A DNA stretch of 63,339 bases, filler included, from Saprolegnia diclina VS20 (taxonomy: Eukaryota), in the NCBI RefSeq assembly GCF_000281045.1. It is 5 parts of 2 records of this genome, joined end to end, with 100 filler letters (N's around TTAATTAATTAA, not from the genome) between each part and the next. Parts side by side here need not be neighbours in the genome. Positions count along the whole stretch, not along the records: positions 18,653 to 35,921 come from NW_008246098.1; 4 more parts are not named here. One strand, written 5' to 3'. Of this stretch, positions 23,632 to 35,211 are shown piece after piece (within the stretch, counting starts at the first letter, position 1; each line of letters begins with the position of its first letter). A model generated the notes under the pieces. That model did not search any database. It worked only from the letters and a program-made list of their open reading frames with translations, and was not told the origin of the DNA. The translations under genes and the position numbers were made by a program.

Positions 23632-24909
23632 TCAACGAAAGATAATCTTCGCCCGCGTTGTCGACGCTGCCATGTACGTCACATAGTCTTGCTCGTCTGT
23701 GCTCAGCAGATTCCAGGACAAGTCCAAGGCGACACCTCGATGGCTCTTTTGCACGAGCGCCAAGGCGCCAACCATCGTCACGCGGTTCATCTCGAGGCCC
23801 AGCAGCGCCATCCGAGTCGTTGGCAGCGCAGTCGCGAGCTCGCGCGCGCCAATGTCTGAAATCTCGTTGCCGGTCAAAATGACGTGGCGCAGCGACGTCG
23901 CGTTGCGCAGTGCGGACGCCAAGCGCGCGCAGCCAGCGTCGCCCAAATGGCACATGCTCACGTGCAACCGAGTGAGGCGCGGCATGGCTCGTAGCTGCAG
24001 CAAGAGCGGACGGGCGTCATACGCGCCAGTCGCACGGAGGGTCTGAAGTGGTGCATCTCGCAATCGCGGGGCCAAATGTAGCAGCTGGAGTTGCTTGGAC
24101 GACAAGTGCAATGTCGTGAGACCGAGCGGCGTCGTGTGTCGCTGCCGGCAGAACGTATCGGCGAACGCTGCGTCAAGACCGAGGTGCCGCAGGGTAGGCG
24201 CTACGTGAAGTGCATTGCAGAGGCCATGTAGAGCTTCGCTGGTAGCCGGCTCGGACAGCAAAGTGCTGTCATCGACGAAGAAGGACTCGGCCGACGCTGC
24301 GACCCAGGTGTGTAGATGCCGCAGATCGGCTGCCGCGTAGACAAAGGAAGAGAGCGAGAGTGACGAGATCGTGGTCGAGTGTGCGAGGGCAGCAAAGAAG
24401 GCGCCGGTGGCGTGGCCAAGGCCGTTGGCGAGGCGCATGTGCGTGAGGTGTCGTAGTCTCGGCACCAGTGCCGGCAACGACAGCATCGCGTTACAGCCTT
24501 CGTCGTCGTCGCAGTCGTCACTGTCAACCTTGATCGATGCAATACGCAGCGTCTCGAGGGACGGACGCCACGTGGTGGAGACGCCGCCGCGGACGCGCAG
24601 CAAGGCTTGCGGTGCCGCTTTCGATAGCGCAAGGACAACGCTGACATTACACTTGTGATCGACGCACACCATGGTATAGAGCGGTGCGACCGCGCAGTAA
24701 AGCGATAGCAGCTGCGGCGAGACACGTGCCGGCACTCGGAGCTTGGGCCACAGCGATGCGATGGGCACGCGCGTTGCCAGCTCTTGGAGCTGCAGGAGGC
24801 GGTCGCCCTTGGCCCACGCGGGCAGCGCGTCCAGCAGCGCCAGCACCGTACACGGCGCCTTGACGTACGTGCACACGGCATGCCAATGCTCGGGCTGCAT
24901 GGCTTCCAT
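23632..24909 (-). CDS. RNI-like leucine-rich repeat protein (intronless)
   Basis: LTRLHVSMCHLGDAGCARLA, LRHVILTGNEISDIGARELA, LGLEMNRVTMVGA, LDLSWNLL; start MEAMQPEHW. Confidence 0.85.
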   Translation of the reverse strand: MEAMQPEHWHAVCTYVKAPCTVLALLDALPAWAKGDRLLQLQELATRVPIASLWPKLRVPARVSPQLLSLYCAVAPLYTMVCVDHKCNVSVVLALSKAAPQALLRVRGGVSTTWRPSLETLRIASIKVDSDDCDDDEGCNAMLSLPALVPRLRHLTHMRLANGLGHATGAFFAALAHSTTISSLSLSSFVYAAADLRHLHTWVAASAESFFVDDSTLLSEPATSEALHGLCNALHVAPTLRHLGLDAAFADTFCRQRHTTPLGLTTLHLSSKQLQLLHLAPRLRDAPLQTLRATGAYDARPLLLQLRAMPRLTRLHVSMCHLGDAGCARLASALRNATSLRHVILTGNEISDIGARELATALPTTRMALLGLEMNRVTMVGALALVQKSHRGVALDLSWNLLSTDEQDYVTYMAASTTRAKIIFR

Positions 24910-25272
24910 GTTGACGACAATCGCAAAGTAGGCACTGCCAAAAGATCGCAACGCGTGATCTCGACGTCGGTTGCGACGCCTCAACGTCCGGATAGAGAAG
25001 GGCCAAGCGCGTCAGGGCGGAACCGGCGGGATTCGAACTGCCAAGGGTCGCGCGATCCTGCCAAGCTCGCGGAGCAGTGGCACAGCTAGCCTCGATGCCA
25101 GCGCCGCTACCTGCATGCGCTGTATGCTAGGACGAGGTTGCACTCGGGCACCTGAAGGCTAGCTGCAAGGCTTGCAGCGCGCTTGCTCCACACACGATCG
25201 CTGCCTGCCGAAAGAGGCCATACAGAATAAAAAGCAGAATAAATTATTCGACAACGACTCAAAACAGCGCAT

Positions 25273-26436
25273 TCAAAAGACGAGACGCGGGCGGGCTTCC
25301 GCAAGGACAAACTCAATGTGGTCGATGACGCCCGTCCACGGCACAAGCGATGACGTGTAGCACGTGTCGAGCCACTGCAGCGTGCGCTCATGTTTAAACT
25401 CGGAGGCGGCGCGGCGCGCAGCGAGGAGTGGGCAGGCATCCATGTCGAAGTCCCAGAGCGCCTCCAGGACGTCCGTGTGGCCGGCCATCGCAGCCCAGAT
25501 AAACGCCTTGGGCGAGCCGTGCGTGGCGTAGGTCGAGACCAAGTGCGTGACGAGGCTTGCATGGTTGTTGCGCGCGGCGACGTTCAAGACAGCGTCCACG
25601 TACGCTGTGCGCGTCAGGAGGTAGTCGACCACATCGGTGTGGCCAAAGCGCGCGGCCGAGAGAAGGGCGTCGGCGACGCGGCCTTCGGAGCGGTGGGTGT
25701 CGAGGAAGCGGACGGTTCCGAGGTGCCCGATCTTGGCGGCGCCGTCGAGCGCGACGTACGAGCAGCCTTCGGGCCGGTATGTGTGCAGGAAGCGCACCAT
25801 GGCTTCGTCGCCGTTGCACGCCGCGAGGTCCATAGCCGCGGCCGTGCAGCCTTCGCTCCGGTTCGCGTGCAGATACATGACGGTCGCCAAGTGGCCGTGG
25901 GACGCGGCGGCTGCCATCGCGTAAATTGTGCACCCTTCGGTCCGGTGCTCGTGGAGGAAGCGCACGACGTCGACATGGCCGTTCTTGGCGGCGTAGTCCA
26001 TCGCATGCGTCGTGCAGCCTTCTTTTCGCTCGCTGTGAAGAAAATTGACGACGTCGAGGTGGCCGTGCTCGGCGGCGGCGTTCAGCGCGTACTTGGTGCA
26101 CGGCGCCTTCAAGTCGTGGAGGAGGCAGACCGCGTCCATATGGCCGCACCCGCTCATGTAGTCAAAGACGTCTTCGTTCAGGACCGCGCTGGGGCAGTGG
26201 CGGGCGAGGAGCATGAGCGCCCGCAGGCCATAGACATTAAGCCAGCTCGCCTCGTCGTTCGGCAAGCCGAGCCAGAGAGACGGACCGTACCCGCAGCGGT
26301 AGCGCATGCGCCCGAGAAGCTTGCGGAGATGCGCGAGCGGCTTGCGCAGCGCGGCAGGCGCGCCAGTCTGGAACTGCGCCACGCTCCGAAAGAGGTCGGT
26401 CGAGAAGAGCACGGCGTGGGCCACAGACGTCGACAT
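25273..26436 (-). CDS. Intronless ankyrin-repeat protein
   Basis: Tandem EGCTxxAMDxAAxNGHxDVVxFLH repeats; family-type N-term VLFSTDLFRSVAQFQTG. Confidence 0.9.
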   Translation of the reverse strand: MSTSVAHAVLFSTDLFRSVAQFQTGAPAALRKPLAHLRKLLGRMRYRCGYGPSLWLGLPNDEASWLNVYGLRALMLLARHCPSAVLNEDVFDYMSGCGHMDAVCLLHDLKAPCTKYALNAAAEHGHLDVVNFLHSERKEGCTTHAMDYAAKNGHVDVVRFLHEHRTEGCTIYAMAAAASHGHLATVMYLHANRSEGCTAAAMDLAACNGDEAMVRFLHTYRPEGCSYVALDGAAKIGHLGTVRFLDTHRSEGRVADALLSAARFGHTDVVDYLLTRTAYVDAVLNVAARNNHASLVTHLVSTYATHGSPKAFIWAAMAGHTDVLEALWDFDMDACPLLAARRAASEFKHERTLQWLDTCYTSSLVPWTGVIDHIEFVLAEARPRLVF

Positions 26437-27859
26437 GCGGGTCATCTGGCCAATGTGAAAATGCGCTCTCGCTTTTGGCCGATATCGAACAACCAATCAG
26501 CGTCGCGGGATTTTCGAAGCCATCCAAATAGCCAATCGAATGCATTGACGACCAGAGCCACGAGGAGGTCCGGGCCATTCGAAAGATCCATCGACAACTC
26601 ACTCGACACTCCTGGCTGCTTTGACGCCAACGACTAACTAGAGACAACAGAGGTGCGTGCTCGGGTTGTAGACATTTCGTTCGGAATCGGCTACTTGTTG
26701 CCGTGTCCTTGGGCGGTCGTCGCTGAGGCTCGCCGGCGACGTGCAGCTTGGGCGAGTGAGCAACGACTTGGCGACCCAACGAGCCTCGACTTCAAGTACG
26801 CTTCCGCCAAGCGCTGTCGCTCGATACGAGTCTTCTTTCTGCGCTCGCCAAGGCGCGGATGGCGGTCGCTGGAAAAACAGCTGTCGATTAGTTGTAGCTG
26901 CGCGGGTCTCTGGCAGGCGGCCATCAGCTGCCACAAAGCTCACGATGGTGTTGTCGCCTCAGTGGGTTCCCAGGATTCGGCCTACGCACTGCTGGGCCTT
27001 GTATACAGTCATTCGGTCGAGCAACGTAGACTCGCTGCACCGCGCTAGGCAACAGCGATGAGGTGTCCACGTCTCTCGTCCCGTCCGAGCTTGGCCCCTG
27101 TGCAGGGTTGTGGCCAGGGCGAGGGTGAGACGGACGCAAGTGCCAAATCAATGGCAAGTGCTTTATCGAGGCCAGAGGGTGAAGCCTCAGGTCGAGTCAC
27201 AATAACCCACGTCGACCTGGTTCGATCCCGGTGGTGGATTCATCGACTAATCCTGTCGTAACATCCGACTATTGCCGAGGCGACCAAACAGTGGCATTGC
27301 ACAGCGACGCAAGCGACGACTGTCTCTAAAGGTATCATCTTCAGCCAGAATCTTTGGTTCCTGCCGCCGACAACCAAGGCCGACGCCAGCCGCCATCGCT
27401 CTTTGTCGACCAGCCGAAACGAACGGCCTCGCTGCTGGCAAGTCCGCACCACTGGCTACCGCATTTCATGCGACTGGCGACTCAAGGTCGCGAGCTGTGG
27501 GCTTGCACCTCGCCGCCTTGTGGCCCGGCATGGTTGGTTGGCGATAGCTGCTCCATCGGCCACCGCATCTTGCATACGAGCAGTGTGCCGGTACCCGATC
27601 AACAAGCATCGTCAAGCCGACACCTCTCCACGATCGTCCGCAACGTCTCTGGCTGCCACGCCGGCGGGATTAGTTGCCGGTCGTTGCGGCACGGAATGTC
27701 GCACGGCGCTGCTAAACATGGCATCTGCCACATAGTCCGAGCCAATCCAATACAAATGGTCCAGGGTTCGAGGCTCGATGGCGCCGCCATTTTGAGAAAG
27801 GCAAGCAGAAGGCTCTGGCACGGGGTTGGCATTCAAAAAGGCAATGACGCATCCTAATC

Positions 27860-30724
27860 TTAGCGATGGGCGAGGTTGGTCGAGAGCGTCGACATGGCGC
27901 GCTGCTTGCCGTCCGGGATCATAAAGAGCACGAGCGGCTTGTCCTTGCTGACGTACGGCGCGTCGACGCGGAAGTAGCCGCGGCGTTCGAGCTGGATCAC
28001 ATCGCCGTACTGGAGGTTGCGCAACCCGTGGTCGCCAAGCGCGTGCATCTCGGCGCGCGTCACCGGCGTCAAGTGGTCGACAAAGTTGTCGTTCTCTTCG
28101 AGCTTGGGCTTGCTAATGAGGTGGTCAAACTCGACCAAGGTCGCGGGCACAATGTCGTCGACTTGAGCGAGCCACGTGATCTTGAGCTTCGTCTTCTTAA
28201 AGTCGCCGGCCGGGTGGTCCTTGGCGTCGACCGACACAATCTCGCCGTCGCTGTTCTTGTTGATACTTGTGATCGTCACGTTGCCATAGCGCATGAGCGT
28301 GACGTCTTCGCCAATGCTAAAGTTGTTGGCATCGTCGCGCTCAATCAAAAGCGACGACGAGAGGCGCTTGACCGTGTGGCCGAGCTCCGGGTTCTTCGGG
28401 TGGAGCGGCGTGGGCAGGCCCTGGACGCCCGTGAACGGCAGCCCGTGTACGTTGAGGCGCACAGCGCGCGCCGCGTCAATCGCAAAGAAGCGGCGCGCAA
28501 TCGGGTCGATCACGCGCTTGTTGATGGTCCAAAACTTGTCCCACTCCATGTCGACAATGCGGCGCGACGCGCCCTGCGAGAGGATGAACTCACGCAACGC
28601 TTCGACCGTGACACCGCGGCGAAGGACGCCCTGGACAGTCGGGAAGCGCGGGTCGTACCAGCCCTCGACCACGCCTTGGTCGACAAACCACTGCAGCTTG
28701 CGCTTCGAGAGCACCGAGTGCACAAAGTTCATGCGCGCAAACGAGTGGATGCGGACCTTGCGCAGCTGGAGCGCGTCCAAGACCTAGGGTTATCCAGTGC
28801 AAATGTTAGAATATAACCATCGAACAGCGATGACGCACCCATTGATACTGCGCGTCGCGGTCGTTGTACTCGGTCGTGCGGAGCGCGTGCGTCACGCCTT
28901 CGTTCGAGTCGACGATCGGGCACGCAAAGTCGTACGTCGGGTACGCCTTGTACTTGGTGCCCGTGCGGTGGTGCGGCGTCGCCTACAGCAATAAGGTGCT
29001 CTAAGATTGCAATGCTTGATTTCGACAAGCGGCGTACGTTCGACCGGAAGAAGACCGGGTCGCGCAGCGTCTTGTTCTTGGCCTGCATGTCGACCTTGCC
29101 TATAAGCATCGCGATAAGATAACAAGATACGAGAGACAAGAGAGGGCATACCGCGGAGGCAGTAGCCGTCGGCAGCCGCGTCGCCGAGGAGCATCTTCTC
29201 AAAGAGGTCGAGGTTCGTGGCCACGTCCTGGTTGCGGCACTTGGACTCGATGCCGTGCATGCGCTCGTCGCGCATGACCTCCTGCGACGTGTTGTCCATG
29301 TAGCCGTTGCCTTCGCGGATGAGCTGGCGCGCGAGCTCCGTGATCTGCGGAAAGCTGTCCGACGTGTACGTGACCACATCGGGCTTGATCTACAAACACG
29401 AGATGCTCAGCGACGTACAAAGCGAGGCCAAGGACGTACGTTGAGGCGCGCCAGATCCTGCAAGATCGCCTGCTCAAACTCGTCCTTCTCCTTGGACGGG
29501 TTCGTGTCGTCAAAACGCACGATAAGCTTGCCTAAGAAAGTGCAAAGTGAGATCATGCAAGTGCAATCTCAGAGGCACAAGTGCAATGTGACTACCTTCG
29601 TACGCGCGAGCATAATAGTCGTTGAGCAAGCACGCCTTGATGTGGCCAATGTGAAGGTACCCACTCGGCTCCGGCGGGAAGCGCGTGACAACCTGGCCGA
29701 CAATCGCGCCCTCGAGCGGCGGGCAGTTGCCCGTCGTCTTGCCCTTCTGGCTCTCGGGCAGCGACTCCTTCGGCGGCTTGCCCGTGATCGCACGCGCCGG
29801 CTTGATCGCCGACAGTGTCGCCTTGGCCGACGCAAACACCGACTGCGAACCGAGGTACGTAAACCAGCGCGTAAGGTGCGCGAGCGTCGCCGTGGGCGCG
29901 TAGTGGACTTGCGTCAGCGCCGTGTAGATGGCGATATCGGCGAGCGTGAGGCCAAAGCCAATGAGGAACGTGCGCTCCGCGAGGACAGCGTCGAGGAAGG
30001 CCGCGGTCGTGTTGACCGTCGCCGACCGAATGTGGCCAAGCGCATAGTCGACCCACGCGTCAATCTCCGAGAGAAGGACCGGTTCCTTGGCCACGCCGTA
30101 GAGGCCCGTGTCCGGGTACACGCGGCAGAGGTACTTGGCGATGGCCGCGTCGCCGTTGATGTTCTTGCCGTTGGGCAAGACGAGCACCGGCAGCGCATGC
30201 GGCGGCGTGAGCGACTTGAAGTGCACGTCGAGCTCGCTCTTGATGAGCGTGGCCACGACAAACGACATGAGCGGCAAATGCGACGCGCTAAAGTAGATCG
30301 TGTGCGTCTCGGTGGCAGCCGGCGGCGGCTGCACAAAGACCGTCGGACCCGCGACGGGCGCCGCGACCGCAAGCGGCGTGGTCGTGACCGGCGCGGCCAC
30401 CGCGACCGGCGCCGGCGCAGGGACGTCGCCGTCCTTGATAGCCGCCTTCTTGGCCTTCTTGGCTTCCTTGTTGAGCTCCTTCTTGCTCTTCTTGTTCGGG
30501 TCCTCGACCGGCGTCGGCGCGGCCGCCTTGGGCTTCTTCTCGCCGGCCGGCTTGGCGTTTGGGTCGACGTAGTCGGCGCCCGTGACCTCCTTGAAGGTCG
30601 TCTTGAGCGCGAGGAGCGCCGTCACCGCCGCCATCACCTCCTCCTTGGAGGCCTTCTTCGCCTTGAGGTCGCGGACGAGGGCGCCCTGGTCCGCGATCTT
30701 GGCCGTCAAGCTCGCCGCGTCCAT
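27860..30724 (-). CDS. Cytosolic glutamyl-tRNA synthetase with N-terminal WHEP and GST-like domains (multi-exon)
   Basis: [69 protein letters not shown]-like [36 protein letters not shown]-like [15 protein letters not shown]. Confidence 0.96.
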
Positions 30725-30735
30725 GGATTTCCGGC

Positions 30736-30750
30736 GAAAATGCAAAATGG
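30736..30750 (-). promoter_or_regulatory. Oomycete Inr/FPR-like core promoter of the GluRS gene
   Basis: Minus-strand CCATTTTGCATTTTC ending 11 nt upstream of the ATG. Confidence 0.6.
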
Positions 30751-31742
30751 GGATTTTGTGGTGCGATAAGACTGTCCGCATAAACGTCCGGATAGCGCTT
30801 GGCTCTGGGCGGTCCTTGGATAAATGCACGCTCTTCAAGCTGCCGACAGCACAGATCCCACGCCACTTTCAAGGTACAACCGATGCAATGAGCCATTTGT
30901 ATCGGTGCTACACTGCTCACAATTGATGGAGCCGACGCAAAGTGCACAGATCGTGCACGTGCAAGCCCGTTATCACAAGAGCAGCACACTTGGGGCCATA
31001 GGGTCGTGACGTGGGTCAAGGTCGAGGCCATGGCAGGTCAAACGAACGGTAATGGACATGCCATGTGAGTAGCAAACTGTCGACGCAGGCTATGGCCAGT
31101 GTAGAACGTGTGCAGGAGGCAAAACGACGGCGCGGGAGCGTACTGCCGGCTTCCAGTTGCGTGCGTTTAGCCAATGCATCGAAGTGGACTGCGAGCGTAC
31201 GCAGCAAAGAGACACGCGCTGACCACAAGAACGCGGTGGGACACCTATTCGAGGATCATCTTCCTCTTCCTTGGTTGGGAGCGGACGTCATTTCGTACGC
31301 ACATTATTCCCAGGGTAGTGTCATGTCGGGTCAATATCGTCCTTAGCAGTAGCAAGACGGAGTAGCTTTTCATTGCGAGAACGTTCAGTATAGTAGCAAC
31401 TGGTTGTTGAGGAAATCGCGGCTTCTTAGCATGGCCACTGCTTGAGAGAGAGAAGATGTCCTTGGGGCCGGTCGGTGGGATCCTCGGCTGCAGCACAGAG
31501 AACGACCGTGCGAAGTGCGGAGAAGCTGCACCAAGGACGCGGGGGCGCATGTCGCAGGCGTTTCGCGTGTCAAGAACCACGCTCGGAGCGTGCCAGCTCA
31601 TCGCGGCAGAAAAGTGGCTGGCTGTGTTATGTGTCGCCACGTACTGCAGAACAAGAACATTGAGCGCAAGCATCCACCTCGTCCAGAGCTATCGTTCGTA
31701 CCATTGATGCCAATCAAAACACTAGTCTGTGTTTTTAACTCG

Positions 31743-31921
31743 TACTAGAGTCATTCGGCGAGTGGGGTCCACCACGGGATGGATCTCTCCGTACGCAGCT
31801 CACTCCCAACGACCAAGTGCTGGTGCCAACTCCCACGCATTCAGGCGTAGCACTACGTATGCGAAGTCTTTGTGTCATAATGAAGATAACGCGGAACACG
31901 TTCATATATACTAGAGTCATT
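31743..31921 (+). mobile_element. Second, more truncated copy of the retroposon (body 31756-31908) with 13-bp TSD
   Basis: TSD tactagagtcatt at 31743-31755 and 31909-31921; same 3' end gataacgcggaacacgttca(ta)n; about 10 substitutions versus copy 1 by manual count. Confidence 0.85.
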
Positions 31922-34100
31922 TAGGAACATGATAAAACCATAGAGATCGAGAGCATCCCATGTAGCGTCGCCTCACTGGTTAGCGTTGTCTCGTAAAAAG
32001 CTATAGAGCTGCAGTCCAAGCAATTCCTGAAATAACTACAAAAGTGATGGAGATTCGGTGTCATTTGGGGCGTGAGGTTGAACTCTGTCTCTTGCGATCT
32101 TGCCGGCGTCGGACTGTTGGTCGTCGACACATGATTGGGCCGCCTGTTCCCTCATGCACTGCAACGCGGTCTGAGTTGCGTCAAAGAAACCTGTTGACCA
32201 TGTGCTTCAGAAGAAAACCGTTCTCTGCTCCGTAGGTCCGCGACCTTGGCTCCAACTAGCGTCCTCAGCATCATTATGCTCACTCTTGTCGAGCGAGGTG
32301 CTTGTTGACAGTCGGTGTGAAAAACCAAAGTGAATATCAGCTTACGGAGCTGAGGACTTTGATCGAATGTCGAAAGCGGCGCATGAAGAGTCGCGGTATT
32401 GGTCCACAGAAGGTCGCGCCTCTTGGTGGAGTCTCTTCGTGAAAGGGCACGAATCGAGAACACATCACCAGCTTTCTTTGCGTCGATGTGGATAGCGCTG
32501 TCCGAAAGTAGTGCTGAAATGAGGTTACGAGTACTTCAAAAACTGCACGGCCGCTAGAGTCTGTCGGCCAACACCGCGGTCGTTCGGCGAGCACACCATA
32601 CCCTTTGTTGAGCGAGTAGCCATTCCACACCAACTCGTATTTCCGAGAGGCGGAAGCGAAACGACGCTCGAGAGGACCGCTTGCAAGCTCAGAAAAGAAC
32701 GGCCGACCGCATGCTGCTGTTGCAGCGGCATTTTCGTCCTGCCCACTCTTGCTGGATCTCGGTGCTGGCAGACGTTGTTGTTGTTGGTTGTCTATTAAAA
32801 TAGGAAATCTAGTAAATTTACGCTAAATAAAATGGTCGGACTCTCTTCGTTGAGTCGGCGCTGGTGTTGATCTTGATCTAGGCCGGCGGAGGCAGGAGTG
32901 CGATCCGCGGGACAAGGTGCTGGCGCGGCCACTCGTGTTGAGCGAGGAGCCGGAGAAGACTACGGAGAGCAATCTGCCCTGGGATTTTGAACGAGGCTGT
33001 GGTGCAAGTGCATTTGAGCGACACGCGCCGCCTTGACGGCAGTCGTCCATGGACTTGGCAGTGGGAGGTCGGCCGGCTCAGAATGGCAGACGTTGCGATG
33101 GATGGACTCGTCCAAGGCAAACGTTCTTGCCGGCTCTTAGTGCCGGTCTACCCATGTGTCGTGATGGACGAAGTGCAGAGCGCACTTTGGCATGAAGATA
33201 CACAGGACACGCTCATATCCAGCGCTGGAGACATCACATCTGCGGAGAAATCTTGGCAGAAAATGCAGTCCGTTCTCGTTCATCGTTTTTGCCGGATCGA
33301 GAAACGAGTGTCCGGGATGCAGCTGCATCGCTAGCAGCGTTTATACACTGTATAATAGTTGTAAAGACGCTGTTGACGGCCATGTTGACGTGGCGTTGTC
33401 GTTGGCCACACGAACCACACGACATGTATCCAAATGCTTACGCACGCTGGTTCACGCCTCGTGCAGCTGCCTCGTGCAGGTGCGGCGACCACGCCCGTCC
33501 CAAAATGCATTTTCAGGTGTTTTTTCAGATCGCGATTCCTCCGCTTTGCACGATCTATTCTGGCAATTTCAAAAAATTGAAATCGTATTCGCTGGATCCT
33601 TGCAAAGATACCAAATTGCGATTCGTCCAGCGGCGCTACTGCTATGCGGGCACCTGACGAGTGCTCGTGTGCTAGCAGTGTACCGGTAATGGGTCGCATG
33701 GCTGCCCTCCTTGTTGCTGCTGTGTCCCAGACTGGCGCCAGGGACCTTTCGTCCGATGGGTGCATGCCCACTCTGGTCAACACTAGAAAAACGATGTGGA
33801 ACTGACGGGCACATCCCAAAGACGGGCGCCACGAGTCTGGTTAGCGCCTAATACAAAGTTCAAGTGTTATGTCAGCGGTCCGCGTTTTCGCGATTTTTGA
33901 ATCCGTCGTTCAATATGTACCAACCATGCATATATGTACTCTATGTTTGTATTGGCATACAAACATTCAATGCTCAAATATGCATTTGCATCACTCAGAT
34001 CGCTACTGAATCGTTGGGCCGGAAAAACCGTGTACGGCCATGGTGTTGGACACTCCCCACCACGTGTAATAGCCCCGACACCATGCTGTGATACGCACGC

Positions 34101-34148
34101 GCCAATCACAGCCGAGGAGCTTGACCCACACACCTCATTTTCCATTTC
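34101..34148 (+). promoter_or_regulatory. CCAAT box plus Inr/FPR core promoter of the PX-like gene
   Basis: gccaatca at 34101-34108; TCATTTTCCATTTC at 34135-34148, just upstream of ATG 34155. Confidence 0.65.
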
Positions 34149-34154
34149 AACTCG

Positions 34155-34685
34155 ATGCAAGCCACTGCCCCTTCGGTAAAGAAGCTCACGAGCGCCACGA
34201 GCCTCGACGACTACAGCACCGTCCTCGCCGCCTGGCCGCAATGGAAGTGCTGCATCAACGGCAGCCGCGTCGTCCAAACCAACTCGAAGAAATTCCTCTT
34301 TTTTCACAAGGTCGACATCGTGTACCATGTCCGCGTCGCGACGGCCACGCACCGCTGGATCGTCCACCACACAATGGCCGACTTTCGCCAGCTGCACGAA
34401 GCGCTTCTGGCGGCCGCCGACAACAATGCTGCGTTTACAGACGCGCTCGTGCATTTCCCGCTGCCGCGCGAGCACCTCTTTGGCCGCCGTGATATGCTCG
34501 TCATCAAGGGCATGTGCGGCAACTTGGAGCACTACCTCGTCAATTTGCTTCGCTACATGCAGCGCACGGCGTCGGACCGCGACACTGCACGCATGTCCGA
34601 ATTGCTCCGCGTGTTTCTGAGCCCGCCGACGTGCCTCGCCGACCCGGTGGAAGCCACCCCGATGGCGCGCGCCAAAATTATTTAA
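34155..34685 (+). CDS. Small PX (phox homology)-like domain protein
   Basis: IVYHVRV...WIVHHTMADFRQLHEAL...FPLPREHLFG...LEHYLVNLL...LRVFL follows the PX strand/helix/proline-loop pattern. Confidence 0.7.
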   Translation: MQATAPSVKKLTSATSLDDYSTVLAAWPQWKCCINGSRVVQTNSKKFLFFHKVDIVYHVRVATATHRWIVHHTMADFRQLHEALLAAADNNAAFTDALVHFPLPREHLFGRRDMLVIKGMCGNLEHYLVNLLRYMQRTASDRDTARMSELLRVFLSPPTCLADPVEATPMARAKII

Positions 34686-35211
34686 ACCATCGCCGCATAC
34701 CACGACACCTCTTATTATTTAACACGGATTCCGTTCCTCCTATAAACCCACTGTTGGCTGTCAACGGTCCCAAGTTGCAGAGGAGCATACAACAGAAAAT
34801 GCCAACGTTCAAAACGTAGCACAAATGGATTCGAACTGCGTTACGCGCTTCTTGCAGTGACGTGTATGTGTCGGGTGTTCTAGACGACAAAGACGTGCAA
34901 AGGAGCATCGTCCGGCTCTGTCGTCAAGGCGTCAACCTGTAGACCGCTCTGAGACTCGACACGGCGACCACACAGCACGAAGAAACCGCATGTCGATCAA
35001 CATTCCGAGTGGGAACGTTCTTGGAACGCCACGTGTCTGCTGTCCACACACATTCCCGTTCATCCGCAGAGAATTGTCTGGTCGACCGGGTACGAACTTC
35101 AAGTTGCAAAGCCCGCTCACAATAGAATAGGACTGCGCTCGCTCGGCCTTTTGTAGACAACTTTATTCTATACTAGGAAACGGTCTATTCTCAAAGAAGA
35201 CAAGGTGCATT

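Noticed and set aside
25015..25060. GTTCGAATCC B-box-like motif on the minus strand (similar GGTTCGATCCC at ~27219)
   Set aside because: No cloverleaf, A-box or acceptor stem could be built.
26640..27857. Overlapping short ORFs between the ankyrin gene and GluRS
   Set aside because: No consistent frame, splice pattern or domain signal.
29255..30769. Long antisense ORFs opposite GluRS, ankyrin, coiled-coil and elicitin genes (e.g. 504 aa here, 415 aa at 25390)
   Set aside because: Shadow ORFs expected from high GC3 codon bias; no recognisable motifs.
32150..33340. Fragments resembling HNH (NGFLLKHMVNRF) and Walker B (CVVMDEVQ) motifs
   Set aside because: Short, stop-interrupted and without host codon bias; possibly decayed genes but unsupported without tBLASTn/HMM searches.
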